Below are positions 57,507-64,000 of a stretch of DNA of 64,000 nucleotides, in pieces (position 1 is the first letter of the stretch; every line of letters starts with the position of its first letter). The DNA lies in the NCBI GenBank assembly GCA_964016885.1, contig OZ024753.1, forward strand, positions 46,190,001-46,254,000, in the 5' to 3' direction. The position numbers were made by a program, and so were the translations under genes. Source of the DNA: Eledone cirrhosa (lineage: Eukaryota). The notes below the pieces were generated by a model. The model had not been told where the DNA came from and did no database searches. It saw only the letters and a list, made by a program, of their open reading frames with translations.

Positions 57507-57735
57507 ATATATATATAAATATATATATAAATATATATATAAATATATATATATAAATATATATATATAAATATATATATATAAATATATATATATAAAT
57601 ATATATATAAATATATATATAAATATATATATATATAAATATATATATAAATATATATATAAATATTGCAGCAGCAACAAACTCCCTCCTACACCAGTGG
57701 CCAACCTATACAGGCTGGAGATAAAATGTGTAGCA

Positions 57736-57810
57736 ACAAGGGCGGTGCCCCAGCATGGCCTCAGCCGGATGGTTGAAACAGGTAAAAGAGTAAAAGAGTA
57801 AAAGAGTAAA
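57736..57810 (+). mobile_element. Retroposon 3'-tail fragment ending in (GTAAAAGA)3
   Basis: Near-identical to the reverse complement of 31846-31901; tandem 8-bp tail. Confidence 0.8.
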
Positions 57811-57819
57811 TATATATAT

Positions 57820-57850
<31 letters not shown>

Positions 57851-57999
57851 AATATATATATATAAATATATATAAATATATATATATAAATATATATATA
57901 TATAAATATATATATAAATATATATAAATACATATATATATAAATATATATATATATAAATATATATATAAATATATATATAAATATATATATAAATAT

Positions 58000-58030
<31 letters not shown>

Positions 58031-58568
58031 CGTATACATACATGTACATATATATGTACATATATATATATACTTACACACATATATATACATTTATGAT
58101 GTAGCCAACATTGAAAGTCATAAGAAAATATGAATACGAAATTATGAATTTCAACTATTCATCAAGGACATCTTAAAGACTCTATACTATAGAGCAATAG
58201 CAGAGGAATTATTAGTGTATCTATGGTTTCGGTGTTAGCCTCACTTTCATAATTCACAGTAGAGGCAATAACATTCCGTAGCACAAAATTCCTTAATTCC
58301 TGATACAATAGTAAAAAATATTTTTTTATTGAACGATTAAAATTTATCCAACAAAATATGTCTTAGCGTACTGGTTAATACACTCAGCCGACATCCGAGA
58401 GATGAGTAGTTTGATTTCACCCAAGTGCCTCTGTCAACATTTTCTCGTCTCCTGGGGTTCTTAGTTTGATTTTTGTAACTTTTACTTATTGTGATTGCCT
58501 ATCATTATAATTTTGCGCGTTGGGACTACTATCTATATTTTCATATAAACATATGTGTTTCTGTGTGC

Positions 58569-58634
<66 letters not shown>

Positions 58635-58804
58635 AGAGAGAGAGTGGCATATGGAAATATATAAATACATCTACATACATACACACCTACAAACTTAAGT
58701 GTCGACATGTATACATACACAGATACACGTTTCACTATTGTTTTTTCATGTTTCTCGATAAAGCACGCATGTGGCTTTGAAGTTATAAACATACATACAT
58801 ACAT

Positions 58805-58853
<49 letters not shown>

Positions 58854-60145
58854 GCGTGTGTATATATATATATGTAGCTGTGTTCCATACTAGGAAGATC
58901 CGATTCCGTGCCGACATCCAAGACTAAAGAACAATTGCTAGACACTGAAATGTCACGAATCTAGATAAATTCTAAAGAATTTTGGTTTATAAGGCCATCC
59001 GCTCTCTATTTGAAATAATATGTAAAAGTTGCTGTTAATACTTTTGTTGTTGTTGTTGATTTTTTCTCATTTTGTTTGGGGTCTTTTTTCGTTGTTGTTT
59101 TGTTTTGTTTGTTTTTTTCTTTACCAATTTTTATCATTCTAACCACTCTTTATGTGTCTGTAACATTATATATATATATTGTAGTCCTGTAAATGTCAGT
59201 GGAATTGCTTTAGTTGGTCATGTTGTTGTTGTTGCTTTAGATGTTGATATTGTTGTTGATGTGTATTTGTTGTATTTTCATTGTTACTATTTCTGTTATA
59301 GTTGTTGTCTGTGTCTTGGTTGTTCAAAATATTGTTGATAATATTAATGACGTTGATTGTGTAATTTTTATTGATACACTATGGTTATTATGGCTGTTGT
59401 TGTTGTTCATGTTGACAACGCTGTTATTATGACTCATTATCATCTCTTTATTTCATTATATATTGAATATCGTCGATTTCTATAATTTGAGATATAATCC
59501 AAGCTGGTCTACAATATTAACCCCACCGTTAAATACAAACGAATCTTTTGCTCCGAAGCAGATGTACGTTTTTTTTTTGTTTTGTTTTTTCTGGTCTATT
59601 TTAATATTTTTTTTAATCTCACCAGAGGAAATGTACACCATTGCTTTACTAATGCAGATATTTAATAATCGATATCTATTCCTTATGGACATAAAATACG
59701 CCTCAGCTAAAATGCCACTCCATTCATGTATTATATCTATTAAGTACAACATATGACATATGTAAATTATATTAAAATGATACTGCGTTCTTTAATTTTG
59801 TGGTATTTGTAAGATTATTTCAAGGGACTTTTATTGATGTTCCCACAATAATGTTTTAAGGGAAATACGTAAGAGAAAACAGTATTAAAACAGGCCTGTT
59901 ATTTCTAAATAGACCCTATTTTCTTAAACCCCAAAACCGACTTGAATTTAAAGCAAGAACATTATTTCTGGTTTGCTGCAAAATGTACAACGCAAATGTT
60001 AAAGGCATAAATCTGAATATTTTAAGAGAAATCAAAACGAAAGTAAATGTCGTTATACTTTAACATTTTTTTTTTCTGGTTAGAAATATTACCAACCATT
60101 CTATCCATCTTTCTTGTTTCTGTGTGGTAAAAAAAAAAAAATTAA

Positions 60146-60226
<81 letters not shown>

Positions 60227-60844
60227 GAGGGGGACGTGTGTGAGTGTATGTATGTGTGTGAATGTGTGTTTAATAGAAAGATAGATGTATTTTATTGTGT
60301 GGCAAAGGGGTGAATATCATGAGCAGTAATCGATAAGTATTATGCTTTGAATGAATCAGAATTTGTGTGGTCAAAGTGACATTGGTATCTCCTTTGACTA
60401 AATTAACATACAAACTTACAAGATTTCGGTTGGGTCAAAAGAGTTTAATATGACCCTTGCAAATAATATGGATATTTCTATCTCTGTATCTAAGAGGTAA
60501 AAACAAATGCGATTTTCTTCGTCGAAGAAGGAAAATCAAAATATTCCTTGGAGATATATTTCTATATCTAACAAGCAACCCCTTTCAATCTTGACAGACT
60601 AAGAGAAATATCCTGGAAAGTTCCTGGAATATTCCTAGAAAATGTCTGTCTGAGGTACTATCCCAAGCAAAGTGTACTGTAGAAGGTACCCAGTTGTGCA
60701 ACTATGCCTATGTCTACACTTTACACCACCAATATTGGTCAAGAGAAAGACATGGGCCGGTACAGTTGAAAAACTAGATTCTTCGTCACTAATGTTTACC
60801 CTTGAGTTAAGCGGGTGCCACTAGGTCGGAATGTTAACCTAATA

Positions 60845-60965
60845 GTAGCAGATATGTAAATGTACTGGAGTACTGTGAAATAAATTGTCATGCTCACGGC
60901 CAAATCGTGTTCTTGGTTTGGGAATGAAAGCCACAACATTACGATTGTGAGAGACATTCTAACCT
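60845..60965 (-). mobile_element. Diverged CORE-type SINE (family 2) head and core
   Basis: actggag...gtgaaataaattgtcatgctca...gggaatgaaagccacaac...gattgtga...ctaacc resembles the reverse complement of 39345-39460. Confidence 0.6.
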
Positions 60966-61365
60966 CCATTCAATATTGATATGGCAACGTAAACAAGTGT
61001 GAAACTATTTTAAATTACAATTCTTGTATCATCTTGAAAGACACACACACACGTAGATTGTGTATGTATATATATATAACATATACAAATTGTTCATATG
61101 TATACGCATATATGAACCTCCGCGTCGCTGTGAATATATAAACATTCTTATTTCTTTATGCCACTTTTAATATATTACTTGTTATATATACTTCTACCTC
61201 TGCTATTTTATACATCAGACTATAATGGAATGTAATTATACATACATTTATACATTTATATATTTCTATACATTTATATGTATGATCATGAAGAATGATT
61301 TTTAGCAACAAATTTCTAAAGCATCACCATTTCTATACCAGCATACGTGTGTTTGTGGGTCTGTT

Positions 61366-61421
<56 letters not shown>

Positions 61422-61776
61422 TTTATCATTAGTTGTGCCTAAGGGACGTCTTCTTAGATATATTTTCTAAGTGAAAATAAATAAAAGCACAGCGTGAAAG
61501 TAATGATCGATAAAAAGAGACAAGTCTATTTGTTATGTGTATTACATATAAAACCATATACAGAAGCATGAGAAAGGTCATAGTAGAAATATGCAAGTAT
61601 TTCCGTCTTTTACATTGAACATGTGATGATGTGTTTATGTAAATATCAATGCAACGTTTTGTAAGATGGCGGAAAAGAGGAGGACGTACAGCAGGCATCG
61701 TAGTAAAACATGATAGATAGGTAAGTATAGAGATAGAAGTTTCTATAGGTATATTTATATATACACACACATATTG

Positions 61777-61839
<63 letters not shown>

Positions 61840-61904
61840 GCCTATAGTGCTCTCGTATCGTCAGTATAACTATTGAGATCATCTACCTGTACAACCAATA
61901 ACAT

Positions 61905-62640
61905 GCCTGGGGAAGCCATTGAAACTATCAATGTCTCCAAGACAGTCGCCTGGGACTCCACTCTCCAGTATTCCAACTATGCCCAGACTATATATTCTGT
62001 GGCATAATTTAGCTTATCCTAAGTCTTTGCAATGTCGAGATATATTATCCACATTTGAACTATTTAGTAACTTCTTCCTGGTGACTCAGGGACATGATCA
62101 GTTTCTTTTTAATAACTAGTTCCATGACTTTGCTGTTATGTAACATCAGAGAGACGAATCTGTAATTTTTAGCATCTGTTCCGTCTCCTTCTTTCCAGGG
62201 AGCTTACTGCAGAAGAAGATCCACAAAGCATGTTTTTAGGAGGATTGCTGGGAATGCATCAGAGCTGGTACCTGAATTTAGGCTCATTTCATCTATGACT
62301 AATATTACATCTTTCTACTTTAACTCAATGGTTGTCATTTCTGTGTGTAAATTGATGACTTCAGAGAACTCATCTAGCTTATTTATTTACATGTTCTCTA
62401 TAGGACATGTGGAAACACTTTGTACTCCTCTTTTAGTATTTCATTTAACGTCTCAGTGATCCGTTTAGATCAAACAGTAGCTATATCTTGTAATGTACTG
62501 AAGCAGACTCCTTTGCAAATGTAAAGGTATTACTGTTTGTATTTATATTTTCTATAAACCTCGCTTCTCTTACTTCTCTCTCCTGATGTTAAGTTCATCT
62601 TCAATTTAAAGCAGTATTCGTCTTAAATGAGATTCTTTGC
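61905..62640 (-). pseudogene. Decayed non-LTR retrotransposon (CR1/L2/Jockey-group) ORF2 reverse transcriptase fragment
   Basis: Manual minus-strand translation in order, with stops and frameshifts: IDEMSLNSGTSSDAFPAILLKTC; KEGDGTDAKNYRFVSL...SKVMELVI; NVD..LDIAKT*DK; LGIVG; SGVP..TVLG, matching the GPDG, NYRPISL, LDFxKAFD and SGVPQG motifs. Confidence 0.88.
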
Positions 62641-63148
62641 TAACTTTTAATTATGTAATTTAATTGCTAATTCTGAGATGGAGCAATCCGTGGTCACTTT
62701 CTTTCTCATTGTAATTTACATTTTCTTATAGTTGTATTTGGATGATAGGAAGAATGAAAAGGGAAATAAAAGAGGGAAACGAAAGGAAGAAGAAATAAAG
62801 AGATAAAAACGAAGGAAAGAAGGTAAAAGAAAAGAAGGGAGGAAAATAATGTAAAAAGATAAACCCCTCTTAGATTCACACATTGGTCAGATCTTGAACA
62901 GAAAACTTAATCAAGCGTATGGAAATGTTGTATGGTTTATACTCCATCATCCTTAATCCTGAAATTGATGGGTTATATTAGCTTAGCACCTAAACAACAA
63001 TGCACAAACTATTCTTCGTGTGTCAGTGTATGTGTATGTGTTTGTATTTATACATATATATGTGTGTGTATGTGAGTTTGTGTTTATATATAAGTGTGTG
63101 TGTGTGTATATATATATGTGTGTGTGTGTATGTATATATATGTGTGTG

Positions 63149-63181
<33 letters not shown>

Positions 63182-63479
63182 TTATATATATATATGTGTG
63201 TGTGTGTGTATGTGTACCCGTGTGGTTGCTATGCGACAAGTAAATCGAATCCTTCCATTCCTGGTACTATTTTCTCCTTTTTATAAGAGTATTTTTACGA
63301 ATTATTCAATACCAGCTGAATCTTTTGTCATTTTTCAACATAGCTCTTTCGTTCGACGATTCCTAACGTAATTGAATATGTTGGCAATTTAACCCTGAAA
63401 TTGAGAGGAGGAAACTTGTATAATAATATCCATGTCAGGAAGATTTAGAGTTTACAAATGACTAGCTTTTTTGTATACT

Positions 63480-63682
63480 ATACTTCTTGTTTTCATTTCG
63501 ATGGTTGTTGAGATAGATATATGAGTTATATCACCGAATTCTTGCCTCCTATTGACAGATATATAAGGTTTTGTGACTCCCCAGACAAATATGGATTTAC
63601 TTCTACTACGATCCAATGATTTTTTATGGACAGCTTACAGAATGAACTTTAGAAAAGCCTAATAACTTCTACAATGAATATA

Positions 63683-63766
<84 letters not shown>

Positions 63767-63860
63767 GGAGGTGAGTTTTATTGTAGTACAATAAAGCAAT
63801 GCAGGTATCGGATAAGTAGCACTCTACAGTTTGTAGGACTGGAGTATAAATAATATATAA
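63480..63860 (-). pseudogene. Possible very old Penelope-like endonuclease remnant split by (TA)n
   Basis: Minus-strand peptides IIYTPVLQTVECY...YYN, WIVVEVNPYLSG and YLNNHRNE occur in the order expected for a GIY-YIG C-terminal region; similarity weak. Confidence 0.25.
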
Positions 63861-64000
63861 GATCAATTTTATTATGCGCATTTCAAAAACAAATATCATC
63901 ATGCTATAACATTTGCGTTTTCGTCAGATAAAAAAGGGACATGATATGAAGGTTAAAACAAATTTGTGAATAGTGCAGTTTTAAATTAACATATGAAAAG

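Overview
Strongly AT-rich, repeat-saturated eukaryotic non-coding DNA (intergenic or deep intronic). The SINE sequences resemble repeats I associate with octopus (coleoid cephalopod) genomes; that is an inference from memory, not a database result. No host protein-coding exon, rRNA, intact tRNA or CRISPR array can be supported, and nearly all ORFs in the track are microsatellite or minisatellite artefacts. Supported content: (1) about 10 copies of a tRNA-derived SINE in at least three tail variants, a CORE-type SINE and a separate short retroposon tail; (2) a decayed CR1/L2-like LINE reverse-transcriptase remnant (about 61.9-62.6 kb, minus strand) and a Penelope-like GIY-YIG endonuclease remnant (about 6.7-6.9 kb); (3) many foldback structures: a 181-bp-arm hairpin with a deleted sister copy, an approximately 300-bp inverted repeat with two convergent tRNA-like heads, small MITE-like elements and palindromes centred on (AT)n; (4) minisatellites of 23 bp (about 60 copies), 26 bp and about 27 bp (with CRE motifs), a duplicated unit rich in E2F/CCAAT/E-box motifs, and a 7-kb zone of ACC/GGT blocks that alternate strand. 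I did not find a convincing new biological system; the best leads are the foldback elements and the motif-bearing tandem repeats.
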